Assembly: GCA_050084515.1 (NCBI GenBank) | Contig: CM114271.1 | Coordinates: forward strand, 37,324,001-37,388,000 | DNA from: Blasia pusilla | Lineage: Eukaryota | Length of the DNA stretch: 64,000 nucleotides | Reading direction: 5' to 3' | Shown here: piece by piece, positions 51,254-64,000 of the stretch | Layout: each line of letters starts with the position of its first letter | Position numbering within the stretch: position 1 is the stretch's first letter | The notes under the pieces: model-generated | Seen by the model: only the letters and a program-made list of their open reading frames with translations | Told to the model about the DNA's origin: nothing | Database searches by the model: none | Translations under genes and position numbers: made by a program

Positions 51254-54200
51254 TGTCGTGCGCATACACATCGCTACACAACATACATCGCTGTCATCGA
51301 ACACACACACAAACAAACAAACTCCCATGCTAACTCATGGCATCCATACACACAGGCAAGAAGTACCAAAATATGTCCCAAGCTAATCCTCACCACGACC
51401 TCCTGTCGGGTGATATACTGTATGGTACTCGCTCCACCCAAGGATGTCTGTATTCGGAATGGACAACACTCCACATCGGCTCTCGCCAAGCCCAATCCTT
51501 TGAATGACGCTTTTCCCAACATCAAGGGTTGCGCTCCTGAATCCAACAAGACGCGCTGCGGACTAAAAGCTCTACCTCCATGACTCACCAACTAGAAGAC
51601 CTCTCCTCGGTTATCCAGCAACACAACACCAGGAGAAGCCATGGCACGCTCTATCGCGGGTCTAGCGGGCATCTCCGCCATCCTAGCATCCGTAGCTTGC
51701 CATGAATCTGACGTGGTCGGCCTGAGCATCCGCTCCAAGGGAAGGTCCATCACCTCCTTTGCATTCACCTCTGAACGTGATGCAGAAACTCCAACTCCGC
51801 GCTGACATAGTGAAGCGGCCAGCCGAAAAGCCTCCGCGGGCGTACCCCCCAACGTCATAACATCAGAAGCAGAGAATAAAGGAGTGCGGTACACAACGGT
51901 GGCCGCCCCCAACAACGTGCTCGACACATGCCCCTCTTGAGCATCAACAATAGGAGTCATCCTACTCACTTCTCCCATTGCCCTCTGTGCTTGCACACCA
52001 ACAACATCACCAACTCTTCAGGAACTTTGATGAGGACCCATCAATGGGGTCCTCATTGCTTCGGACAACGTGAAAGATTGAGGAAGCCTAGTCTGTTTTG
52101 TGGCTTCCCCTCGTTGTGGATCCAACTCTGCGGCTGCTCCACGCGTCACAACTACGGCGGCCTCCATTTGGGCAACCCCGCACATCCAACGAGGATCCTC
52201 CAGATCTCTGGCTGCTCCATATGATGTCGATGCCACCAATCCGGCATCGAGTAACCTCAATGCCATAGCGGCAATCTGCTCATGTAGCTGCTGTATCTGA
52301 GCAGCCATCCTAACTTCACGTCCGGTGTCTATCTCGGTGCGTCTAGGTGGTGGTACTCTACCTCCTCCACGGGCAGCTCCACCACCCTGTCGGGAAACTC
52401 CAGCTCCTCGTCCCCCAACGGGACCACATGGTGCACGATCTCTAGGCCCACCCGAACCGGCTACTCGCTCTGGTGCCCTCTCTGGCCCTCGGTCCGGACA
52501 TAACTCAGGATGTAAATTAAAACACCTAGTGCGTGTATAACCATACCTCTGACAATAGTCATACTGATAACTTCATGGTGTAGCACCATCTCCTCCTCCA
52601 TGCTAGGGCACACCTCCATGACCCTGATGAGTGCAATCATGCTTATGATGGGCTCCGCCACATGACCAACAAGTAATACTAGGTGGATGCTGCAAAGCCG
52701 TATATGAAGGTGCAGGTCTCTGTGGCACGGCCTCTCAAGATCCTTCATGAGCTTGTGGTGCCATAGTCGACCTATCTTGGAGTCCACGTTGCTGCACAGG
52801 TGGTGCAGACAATCGTGACTGCTCTCGCCTTGAACCCATGATCACTACGCTCTCCTCCGCCATGTTGTGCTCAATGTTCTCGGCGGTCCTAAAAACATCT
52901 CTTAACATAGGGGAGGTGTTCATAAGAAGCACCCCCTCCCGCACCCGTGTCCGTAAGGTCCGGTCCAGCATCGCGTACCATGACTGGATAGCCTCAACCT
53001 CTATCACCCCTTGAGTGACGTTGATCAACAGGCGCAAGCGAGTGTAAGCCTCACGCAAACTCTGACCCAGGCGCCTCTGGAAGTCGTGGATGCTCCGCGA
53101 CTTCTCCATCCTCCTGGTAGCTCACCCTCAACTCAACAAAGAACTCAACCACAATGTTGAACTCCTGGGACGAACCCGACTAGACGGTGCAACTACTCTC
53201 GTGCGAGTGACCCCTCCTAAAAGAACACTACTGGAAGAGGAAGTAGCCTCTCCTGACTCCTCCTCCTCATCTGGGAACGGATCTGTCCATGACACATAAT
53301 GTGGGTCATAGTAGAGCCTCCACACCTCGATCTCACGTGCATATCTATGAGAGAACTCATGGTAATCGTCCATGGGCGCCCCCTCTAAATGCTGGAACAT
53401 ACCGTTCCATGTTGTAAATGGGTTGAACTCTCTAGAGTTCTTGGGCCACTGGGAGTCGCACCAACTCCTAAACTCTACTATGAAATCGTCCTCTCAATCG
53501 TGCCTACTCCACCTAAAAACCTACGCGGTTCTCTACCCCGGTCACCCATCTCGTACACCCAACTGGTAGGACCACTCACAATATGTGGCAATGTGCTCAC
53601 AAACTCCTCTACATCCTCCCCCTTGTCTGACGATGACACAGAAAGAGGTCGAGGTGGTCCCTCACGTGGAGATCCTCAGAACCTCACGCCACTCCACGTA
53701 AAACCTCTAGAGCTACTATCGGGTTCATCACCTCGCCTCTCAAAGTCTCGAAGACTCTCCGTGATGACCCTCGTTCCCCTCTCACCCAATCACTCTCAAC
53801 CTTGTGAGTAATCCCTCAATCACTCATCCCAAACATGCGGCACGCGATCTACACTCTCCCTCCCCAAGACGTGTAACATGCGACAACACGCGGCGTGGTG
53901 CGGCAAATCGACCAGGCTATCATCTCATCGACAACCTACCCTCAACTCCGGACATCCCACAGAGATCTATGTCCCCTAAACCACATACATAAATGATGCT
54001 CTCAGCATCCACACACCCAATATCCCTAAATAAACTACCCAAATCCTATAATCCCTCACACGTGCAGGGTAAACAACCAGAATGGATAACCTGAACACAT
54101 GTCGATGTCGGTCCTCAGCAACTGCAAATCTCAACCCCAACTTGGTCGTGGAGAAAACTCCTTCAATCAGCAAGTCATACTCCTCCCGTTCTGACGCTGC

Positions 54201-57061
54201 TCCAAACTCCTCGATCGACACTGCGAATCCAACAGAACGATACGGTGTTGTAGGCGGCACGAAATGACTACGAACGGCACGGCCCTCGATGGTGGGATGC
54301 GGTACTCGACGGCATACCTTCTTCAATCAACAATAAACTCACACTCTACTCCACAATGACGGTGTGGCTCCGCGATCGAGCAACTACCAATCAAAATATA
54401 ACAGCATGAAATCAAAACTCAGACACCATAACCAGAGGTCATCTGCCATTATTGGTTGATGAAAAAAACTACGATAATGGTGGCGGCCAAAACAAAGTAC
54501 GTGGTGGCGAGGGAAGTCAGAGAATCAACGAATGTCTTGGAAGATTCTCCACTTCGTAATGGCGGCAATGGCAACCAAAGGGTGGACAACGGCCGAATGC
54601 GGCTCTTAGCAGCGCTAGGCGACGACAACGGCCGACAGTGGCCGGTGGATGGTTGACCATTGATTGTTGATGGTGACTATGATGGCAACGGCCACGGCCA
54701 CCACCAACATGGCGGCTGGTTTAGGGTTTGAACAATTTAACCCTAGAAATCGCCTAGCAATGGCAATTTTGCAAGATTAACCATGATTTTTTACTCGCAA
54801 CTCTAAATGGAACATTGATTTTTGCACAATGTGTAGAGCTTTAGGATCTATGACCACGTCAACAAATATTTGGATCAGACATTCCATAAAAATTTGACGG
54901 GGACTGTCGTAAAGCCCAATGGCTCTTTCTCCTATACAAAATTCGGCAACGCTTCTACGCTGATTTTTCCCAACGAAAATGTAAAACCTATAAAAATACA
55001 AATCAGTAAGCTATATGGTGCTCGTGAGAGCATCGGTATGGGGAAATCCGCCCCCATAATCAATCCCTATCAGAAATTTTGCAGCGCTTCCGCGCGCCAT
55101 TCTTCCACAAAAAATTGGCAAATGCAACGAACAATTAAAGAAGCCCTTGCTCCGGTGTCATGTCGAGAGCCTTTCTTCGAGTAAGGGCAAGCCTTCTAGC
55201 TACGACAGACGGGGTCGATGCAAGGTGAACTCTCTAAGAAGTTCTCCTTTTTCAATACAAGATTATTATGTATACTCTCCATTCTCTCACGACATGTATC
55301 ACAAATGGAAGTGCCGAGGCGATCACTTCTTCGTAACATCGGACCCTAAAATTCCTAACTATAATATCCCTATAAACTACTTTACGCTTGTATATGAGGA
55401 AGATTGCACAACTAGTGTTAAATCCTACTTGAGCATGCCTATTGACGTTCATGGATCGCTATATAAGGACATACAAAGTACAATCCCATATCCTTCCATA
55501 TGTGACGATAGGAAAGATCACCAGAGTTGGAGATTGAATGACCTTATTCATAAATATCTCCCCAAAGTGATAAACTAAATAGCGAGTGAACTAGTGCCTA
55601 TCTACAAAGAGTATCTTGACATGGTATGGATTGAGGAAAGGAAAGTCGGGCACAACTCGTGTTCCTCTCCTATCCATGTTTGACAGACATTCTCTACTTT
55701 CTTTAAGAATGGGTTTTGGCGGAGTTATTCTCCGAAGAGGGATAATCCACTCTCATTGGGAAAGTAACAAGCCAAAACATTCATTATTTTAGTATGACTA
55801 AACTCCTCTAAGGTGACAAACCTCTCATCTCCACACACACACCACACTCTAGAAACCTCTCGAAGAATAGACCATGGTCAAGTTACTCTCCTAAGAAGGG
55901 TCATCCACTTTCATTGGAAGAGCAAGAAATCCCAAAGTCATACACTCAAGAGTGACACGAAAGACTCAAGATGTGGAATAAAAGATGATGAACTCTTGAA
56001 GGTCCCTCCTCTTTATATACTCACAAGTGATCCACATGAGTACAAAATAAAACTAATCTTATCTTATGACATGTGGCTTCCTCTCAAGGCTTAGCCAATC
56101 ACATTTTGACATAAGTAGATTTTCTTTTATCTCTTCCAAAAAATCCTCTTTTACCCACTTGATATTTTCCAAATTACCCCAATTAACCTAGCCACCAACC
56201 AAGCCTACTTTTTCTTTTCATTAAACACAAACCTCACTACTTTACTTTTATAAAATCATATTTTATTTATTATCTCTTTTCTAAAGTTGGGCCCGTATAA
56301 AAGAGGCACCATAAAGAGGTTTAAACATGAGAATTTCTTTTTTCTAAGCTAATTTACTTAATACTAATAAAACTCTATCTAACACTTAACGAGGAAGGAG
56401 TTTACACTCTGGCTGATTTTACTATACAACATCGGTGAGCACTCTCATGAGCCGCTGAACGGGGAACATGGTCCCAATCTGCAAAAACAACGAGTGACTA
56501 GCGAGCTCCCCCGTGAAGCTCTCTCACTCTCTAATTCTCTCTTTGTAAAGTAAGATCAATCTCTCTCTACACCATCTCACATCATAGCTCTCAAAGGTGT
56601 GGACTCTCTCTCATATCAAACCAAACCCACTCTCCTAATGAGAGGCTTGGGTTACACTCACAAGGCAAGGGACCATAGCTCCGCATCCTCATGCCAAGAG
56701 GTTCAAAAAAGAGAGAATGAGTTTTCAAACTCCCTCTCTTGGAGGTATACCCCCTTCCCTCTCCCAAGGCGTCTAAACGGTAACCTATGCTCGCAGGTCA
56801 CCTCCTTGGCTCTTGACCTACTGTAGCGGGTCAAGGAACACTTCCCAAAGTAGAAAATTAATTGACTATCCCTAATATGGAAACTTACTCGAAATAGTAA
56901 GTTTCTCTATACGGCTCCAAATGAGCCGAAACGAAGGGGAAACCTGCTCTCTCAGATTTCCCGGGGCCTCAACAAGTCATCTTCAACCTCCTGGGCATGT
57001 CCTCCACTACTCGTGAAGATGCTCTACTAGATCCCACCGATCTATCTTAACAATCGTGATA
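51254..57061 (-). mobile_element. Deletion derivative of the DNMT-gypsy family (copy 2): B-leader-gag-partial PR-A
   Basis: Starts TGTCGTGCGCATACACATCGCTACA, like A1, and ends GTGATA (GTGACA in copies 1 and 3). gag/PR are homologous to copy 1. Flanks GTGT/GTGC (4-bp TSD, one transition). Confidence 0.85.
55156..56431. mobile_element. Nested 1276-bp TG..CA insertion (solo-LTR-like or non-autonomous)
   Basis: Copy 3 shows the empty site GCTCCGGTGAGC; here the sequence is CCGG|TGTCA...CAACA|TCGG (4-bp TSD, one transition). Confidence 0.8.
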
Positions 57062-57249
57062 GTGCGCTTTATGTCCGCTATTTGTAGATAATGGATTAAA
57101 CAAAGGCATAAGTCGTGGTAAAAGCTTTCATAATCGTGGTGGATATAAAGTATATGGAGGAAGAGACGCTTAACATAACTTCACTTAGTCAATTATGAAC
57201 GAGTACCAAACACAATCACAAGGTGGTCGGTGATGTTGGAAATCGTTTG

Positions 57250-58565
57250 GGTTAAGGTGATTTAAAGAGTGTCCTTTGATCTTGCAATTACTATGGGATA
57301 AATGATCCTTATGCAAAATTTTGTTTCAAAAAGAAGGCATATATGAGAACAAGAGTTTTAGAAGAAAGAAACTATGTGGAACAACAACACCAACTATAGT
57401 ATCAAGAACAATAACATTCACAAACTAAGCACCTCTTGACCATGTCTTATTGTATGGGAGTAATGGTCAAGAAAGATTCGATGACATGTTGGTACATCGA
57501 CTTTGGTGAATCAAATCACATGATCTCACAAGCTAAATATTCAAAAGCAAGGATTCTGTGAAAGATCTTGCAATAGTGCTTATGGGAGATGATACATAAT
57601 ATCGTATCGTGTATACCAGTAAAGTTTCAATAGCATCATTTGATCTTTGTGTTGTTGGAAATGTTCTCTAGATTTCTACTATTGCAAGAATTTTGATCTC
57701 CGTAGGATAGATAGTAGAACATGATTATCAAATGACTTTAACATAAATGGTTGTTTCATTGAAATAGTGGATGACCACATTATGATAACCAATGGAACAA
57801 GATCTAGAAGAATGTTTAAATAATATATTTTTATGCTATAGATACAAACAACAATGTATGGTCAAACTGGCCAACAAGTCACAAATCTCAATGTGTAGCA
57901 TAAGAGAACTAGGCATATAAATCTTCAAAGATTACAAAGTCTTTCATAATCTAATCTAGTAATAAGACTTCCTAAATCATCGAGTCCTACTATGTTAGAG
58001 GTACACCATGCTTGCCAATTTTTGGAAAAAAACTAGATTTCCATTTCCAAATCAAGATACAACAACATATTGAGTTGATATTTGAGTTGATTCACAATGA
58101 TCTATGGTTAACGTCAGAACATAGCTTTATTGGTTTACCGTATTTTGTTTCATTTATTATGACTTATCTAGGTATATATGAATATATACTTTTTGAAAGC
58201 CAAGCTAGAAGTATTATTAATATTCCAAATATTTAGAATTCGGGTAGAGAAGTAGACATGACAGCACATTCTCAAATTTTATTGTGATGGAGGAGGAGAG
58301 TACCTTTCAATAGAGTATGATGACTACTTACGTCAAAATCATATCCAAAAAAAAGTCATTTTTTATTACACTATAATCGATATATTGTTGAGGCGGCACA
58401 TGCTATTCTGAATGAGATGAACATGACTAAGATATATTGGATAGAGGATGTAACGTGCATAGTCTTCTTAATCAACCGAACTATAATAGAAGGAGTTCAT
58501 CATATGAATTCATTGAAAGTCTTCACATGAAGTAAATATGATTTTTCATTCCTTTAAGTCTTTGG
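57250..58565 (+). mobile_element. Old Ty1/copia pol remnant
   Basis: WYIDFGESNHMI (protease), FELIHNDLW, CDGGGEYLS (integrase), VFG; many stops. Confidence 0.75.
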
Positions 58566-61500
58566 TTATATCCCTCGGTAGGGAACTCTGGTACCCTTGT
58601 AGTGCGGACGCAGACAATAAGTTGGGAAAACATAGCCGTAATTTCGCCACATGTCGTAGTGAGACGCGCCTCGCAACATCATCACTCTCCACATACAGGT
58701 ACTGCTGTACTCGCACTCCTGCCTGCAAAACAACAACTCTCCACATCCCTCCAAAGAGATCTAACACTCGAATACCCTCCTCTGGGATACACCACACAAT
58801 GGGTGTGGTATCCAAGGGTGTCATCGTAGCACTCCTTGCTACCTCGGGTTCCTCAAACCCATCACGCTCCGGTGCAAACGCCTCGCTCCACGCGGTGTGC
58901 ACGTGCTCATCTGCCAATCGTTGAAGCTCCTCAATCGAGCCCCACAGCGGCACCTCTCCTCCACGGAATGATGCAGCTACCATAACACTCCTCTCCATAG
59001 AAATGTCAGGAATGGGAGTATCCTCTCCATGGACATGTCCCTCAATCAAATCACTAGGCCAAGTGATGGCACTGCTAAATGCTGCTAAGGTCGCAATCTC
59101 TCATGGCCGTTGCTCGATCACTGCACCTGTGAATCGAACGGGTAATGAGCTAAGGCGCCCATCACCTTACTTCCATCCTGGTCTCAGAGGACGACTCCTC
59201 CCAAGTAATCCAGGAAAACCCCATCGGGTATAACACTACTCCACCAACCAAGACGTCGAGGATTCTCGCATCGGTCACTATCGCTTGGCGCGCACACGGA
59301 CTCATCTATAGGATGTCGGCGAATCCTCACCACAACCTCCTGCCGGGTGATATTGTGTGGTACTCGCTCCACCCAAGGATATCAGATCCGGAATGGACAA
59401 CGCTCCACATCGGCTCGTCCAAGCCCAATCCCTCGAATGACGCTTTCCCCAACATCAAGGGTTGCGCTCCGAATCAACAAGATGCGCCTGCGGACTAAAA
59501 GCGCTACCTCCATGACTCACCAATTGGAAGACCTCTCCTCGGTTATCCAAAGCAACACAACACCAGGAGAAGCCATGGCACGCTCTATCGCGGTTCTAGC
59601 GGGCATCTCCTCCATCCTAGCAACCGCAACGTGCCATGAATCTCACGTGGACGGCCCGAGCATCCGCTCCAAGAGCAGGTCCATCACCTCCTCTGCAATC
59701 ACCTCTGAACGTGATGCACGAATGCCAACTCGCTCATATAGTGAAGCGGCCAGCCGAAAAAGCCTCGGGCGTACCCCCAACGTCACAACATCGAAGCAGA
59801 AAATAAAGGAGTGCGGTACACAACGGTGGCCGCCCCAACAACGTGCTCGACACATGCCCCTCTTGAGCATCAAAATAGGAGTCGCCGCACTTTTCGCTTC
59901 TCCCATTCGCCCTCCATGCCGCACACCAACAACATTACCAACTCTCCAGGAACTTTGATGAGGACCCATCGATGGGGTCCTCATCGCTTCGGACAACGTG
60001 AAAGACTGAGGAAGCCTAGTCTGTCTTCTGGCTTCCCCTCGCTGTGGATCCAACTCTGCAGTTGCTCCACGCGTCACAAGCTGGCGGCCTCCATCGGGCA
60101 ACCCCGACATCCATCTAGGATCCTCCGGATCTCTCGCCGCTCCATATGATGTCGATGCCACGGATCCGCATCGGGTTACCTCAATGCCATAGCGGCAATC
60201 GCTCTCAGAGTCGTTGTATCCGGCGACCATCCCGGCCTCACGTCCGGCATCTCCTCGGCGCGTCTAGGTGGTGGTACTCTACCTCCTCCACGGAAGCTCC
60301 ACCAAACCCTGTCGGGCAACTCCAACTCCTCGTCCCCCAATGGGACCACCTGGTGCACGATCTCTAGGCCCACCAAACCGGCTACTCGATCTGGTGCCCT
60401 CTCGCCCTCGGTCCGACGTAACTCAGGATGTAAACTGAAATACCTGGCGCATGTATGACCATACCTCTAACAATAGTCACACTGATAACCTCTTGGTGCA
60501 GCACCATCTCCTCCTCCATGATGAGGCACACGTCCATGACCCTGACGAGTGCAATCGCGGTGATGATGGGCTCCACCACATGACCAACAAGTAATAGTAG
60601 GCGGCTGCTGCTGAGCCGCATATGAAGGCGCAGGTCTTTGTGGCACGGCCTCCCGGTATTCTCCCGAGCTCGTGGTGCCCTGATCGACCTATCTCAAGTC
60701 CACGTTCTTTGCATAGGTGGTGCAGACAATCGTGACTGCTCTCGCCCAGAACCCATGGTGGCTACGCTCTCCTCCGCCATGTTGCGCTCAATGTTCTCGG
60801 CGGTCCTAAAAACATCTCTCAACATATGGGAGGTGTTCATAAGAAGCACCCCCTCCCGCACCCGTGTCCGCAGGGTCCGGTCCAGCATCGCCTACCATGA
60901 CTGGATAGCCTGAGCCTCTGTCACCCCCTGAGTGACGTTGATAAACCGGCGCAAGCGAGTGTAAGCCTCACGCAAACTCTCACCTGGGCGCCTGTGGAAG
61001 TCGTGGATGCTCCGCAACTTCTCCGTCCGTACCCCCTGGTAGCTCGCCCTCAACTCAGCAAAGAACTCAACCACAGGGTTGAACCTGGGACGAACCCGAC
61101 TAGACGGTGCAATTGCTCCCGTGCGAGTGACTCCTCCTAAAACGTCACTAGTGGAAGAGGCAGTAGCCTCTCCTGACTCCTCCTCCTCATCTGGGAACGG
61201 CTCCGTCCATGACACATAATGTGGGTCATAGTAGAGCCTCCACGCCTCGATCTCACATGCATATCTCTGAGAGAACTCATGGTAATCGTCCATGGGCGCC
61301 CCCTCTAAATGCCTGGAACATACCGTTCCATGCTGTAAATGGGTTGAACTCTCTAGAGTTCTGGCCCCCGGGAGTCGCACCAACTCCTAAACTCGCTATA
61401 AAATCGCAACTCAATCGTGCCCTCGCACTGAAAACCTACGCGGTCCTCTACCCGGTCGCCCATCTCAGACGCCTAATCGGTAGGAGCACTCACAACGTAT

Positions 61501-63805
61501 GGCGATGTGCTCACAAAATCCTCTACACCCTCCCCTCGTCTGACAATGACACAAAAGGAGGTCGAGGTGGTCCCTCATGTGGAGACCCTCGGAACCTCGC
61601 GCCACTCCGCGTAAAACCTCTAGAGCTACTCTCGGGTTCACCACCTCGCCTCTCAAAGTCCCGAACGGACTCCTTGATGACCCTCGTGCCCCTCTCACCT
61701 GATCACTCTGAACCTCGTGAGGAATCCCTCAATCACTCATCCCAAACATGCGGCACTTTCGATCTACACTCTCTCCCCAAGGCGTGTAACGTGCGACAAC
61801 ACGCGGCGTGGTGCGGCAAATCGACCAGGCTATCATCTCATCGACAACCTACCCTCAACTCCGGACATTCCACACATGTCTATGTCCCCTAAACCACATA
61901 CATAAATGATGCTCTCAGCATCCACACACCCAATATCCCCAAATAAATCCCTGAATCCCTCACATGTGCAGGGTAGAGGACCATAATGGGTAACCTGAAC
62001 ACATGTCGATGTCGCTCCTCAGCAACTGCAAATCTCGATCCCAACTCGATCGTGGAGACAACTCCTCCAATCAGCAAGTCATACTCCTCTCGTACTAAGG
62101 CTGCTCAAAACTCCTCGATAGACAGTGCGGTCCCAGCGGAACAGTGCGGCGTTGCAGGCAGCATGGAACGGCTACGAACGGCACGGCCCTCGATGGTGGG
62201 ATGCGGCACTCGGCGGCATACCCTCCTCAATCAATAATAATCCCACACTCTTCTCCACAATGACGGTGCGGCTCCGCGATCGAGACGGTGCGGTGCGGCC
62301 ACGAGCGGCACAGCACGGCAATCGGCGGCGCGTTGCGGCTACGGGCGTCACGGCACGATACTCGATCGTCGTCGGGGCGGCTACCAATCACAACATAGCA
62401 GCATGAAATCAAAACTCAAACACCATAACCGGAGGTCATCTGCCATCACTTGTTGATGAAGAAATTGCGATGACGGTGGCGGCCGAAACAAAGTACGTGG
62501 TGGCGACGCAAGTCAAGGAATCAACGAACGTCGTGGAAGACCCTCCACTCCGTAATGGCGGCAATGGCACCCAAAGGGTGGACAATGGATGGTGGACCGT
62601 TGACAATGACGGTTGACCGTTGATTGTGATGGTTGACCATCGACGACAAAGGTTGACCGTCGATGGTGATGGTTGACCGTCAACTGTTGAAGGTGACTAT
62701 GATGGCGACGGCCGCCGCCGGTGTGGCGGCTGATTTAGGGTTTGCACAATTTAACCCTAAAAATCGCCTAGCAATGGTAGCTTTACAAGATTGACCATAA
62801 CTTTTTGGTCGCAACTCCAAATTGCGTATTGTTTGTTTTACAGTGTGCACAGCTTCAGGATCTACGCGAGTATCAAAAAATATTTAGAATCGGATATTTC
62901 AGTAAAAACTGACAGGGAATGTCGTAAAGCCCAATGTCTCTTTCTCCTACACAAAATTCGGTAGCGCTCCCGCACTGATTTCTCCCAACGAAAATGTAAC
63001 ATCTGTAAAAATACAAATCAGCAAGCTACATGGTGCTCCCGAGAGCACCAGCATGGGGCAACCTGCCCCCATACTCAATCCCTATCAAAAATTGGGCAAT
63101 GCTTCCGCGCGCCACTCTTCCACACAAAAAATCGGCAAATGCAAAGAATAATGAAAGCAGCCCTTGCTCCGGTGAGCACTCCCATGAGCCGCTGAATGGG
63201 GAACACGGTCCCCAACCTGCAAAAACAGCGAGTGACCATCAAGCTCCCCCATGAAGCTCTCTCACTCTCTCATTCTCTCATTCTCTCTTTGTAAAGTAAG
63301 ATCCAATCTCTCTCTCCACCATCTCACACCATAGCTCTCAAAGGTGTGCACTCTCTCTCATGTCAAACCAAACCCACTCTCCTAATGAAAGGCTTGGGTT
63401 ACACTCACAAGGCAAGGTACCATAGCTCCGCCACCTCATGCCAAGAGGTTCAACAAAGAGAGAATGAGCTCTCAAGCTCTCTCTCCTTGAGGTATACCCC
63501 TCCCCTCTCCCAAGCTCTCTCCATGGTAACCTATTCTCCCAAGTCACCTCCTTGGATCTTGACCTGATGTAGGAGGTCAAGGGCCACTTACCAGAAATAG
63601 TAATTTGATCATATACTCAAAATGGTACTTACCTAAAAGAGTAAGTTCCTCAATATGGCTCCAAATGAGCCGAAACGAAGGGGAAACCTGCTATCTCAGG
63701 TTTCCAAGGGCCTGAACAGGTCACCCTCGACCTACTGGGCGTGTCCTCCACTACTCATGAAGGCGCTCTATTAGATTCCACCGATCTATCCTAAAAGACG
63801 TGACA
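58566..63805 (-). mobile_element. Truncated DNMT-gypsy family member (copy 3): B-leader-gag-PR-DNMT N-terminus
   Basis: Colinear with copy 2. DNMT motifs I-III EEGIRVLDLFGG..YLYVE..LPRDI lie at ~58570-58785. The B terminus GTGACA ends at 63805. Confidence 0.88.
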
Positions 63806-63808
63806 GCA

Positions 63809-63935
63809 TTGGAGATATTTTGGTACTTCTTGTCTCGTTGTTTGGATGCCATGAGTTAGCATGGGATCATGCGTGTTTGTGTGTGTGTTCGGTGACAGCG
63901 ATGTATGTTGTGTAGCGATGTGTATGGGCAGGACA
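63809..63935 (+). repeat. Inverted copy of terminal segment A abutting the B terminus of copy 3
   Basis: Reverse complement of ~51254-51381; ends GGACA. Confidence 0.88.
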
Positions 63936-64000
63936 TTGGAAAGCAAAATTATAAGTTTGGCTTGAAAGAAGCAACCTAAAATTACTTTATCTTCAATAGA

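Noticed and set aside
58562-58565. TTGG as a TSD matching 63936-63939 for copy 3
   Set aside because: This TTGG is part of the copia VFG codons and there is no element terminus at the junction, so it is probably chance.
59347-61892. Long plus-strand ORFs (203 aa and 227 aa)
   Set aside because: They are antisense shadows of GC-rich gag/protease sequence and are not preserved intact in copy 2.
62734-62762. TTTAGGGTTT..AACCCTAA as an interstitial telomere (also at ~54719-54744)
   Set aside because: These are single telo-box-like motifs within the element leader, not arrays.

Overview
Repeat-rich plant nuclear DNA, probably from a non-seed land plant such as a bryophyte (inference). Host genes: an intact 7-exon BRO1-domain gene (BRAF-like, minus, 10204-15309) and an intact 2-exon 65-aa ORF ending only 133 nt upstream of it. 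There is also a frameshifted ARM-repeat pseudogene. The rest is mostly transposable elements: Ty1/copia remnants, a degenerate Rep/helicase Helitron and three copies of an unusual Ty3/gypsy family (26958-36825, 51254-57061, ~58566-63805, all minus). That family is the main discovery candidate. (i) Its polyprotein carries a complete DNMT3-like C5-cytosine methyltransferase domain between protease and RT, and a PHD finger at the integrase C-terminus. (ii) It appears to self-prime reverse transcription Tf1-style, and the pairing is kept with different sequences in two subfamilies. (iii) It has a DDE integrase and a 4-bp TSD, yet lacks normal LTR ends: the LTR is split/permuted (B-internal-A-B-spacer-A) and the integrated ends map to a CGACA-AC-TGTCA site inside the LTR. 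All calls are by eye; no database searches were run.
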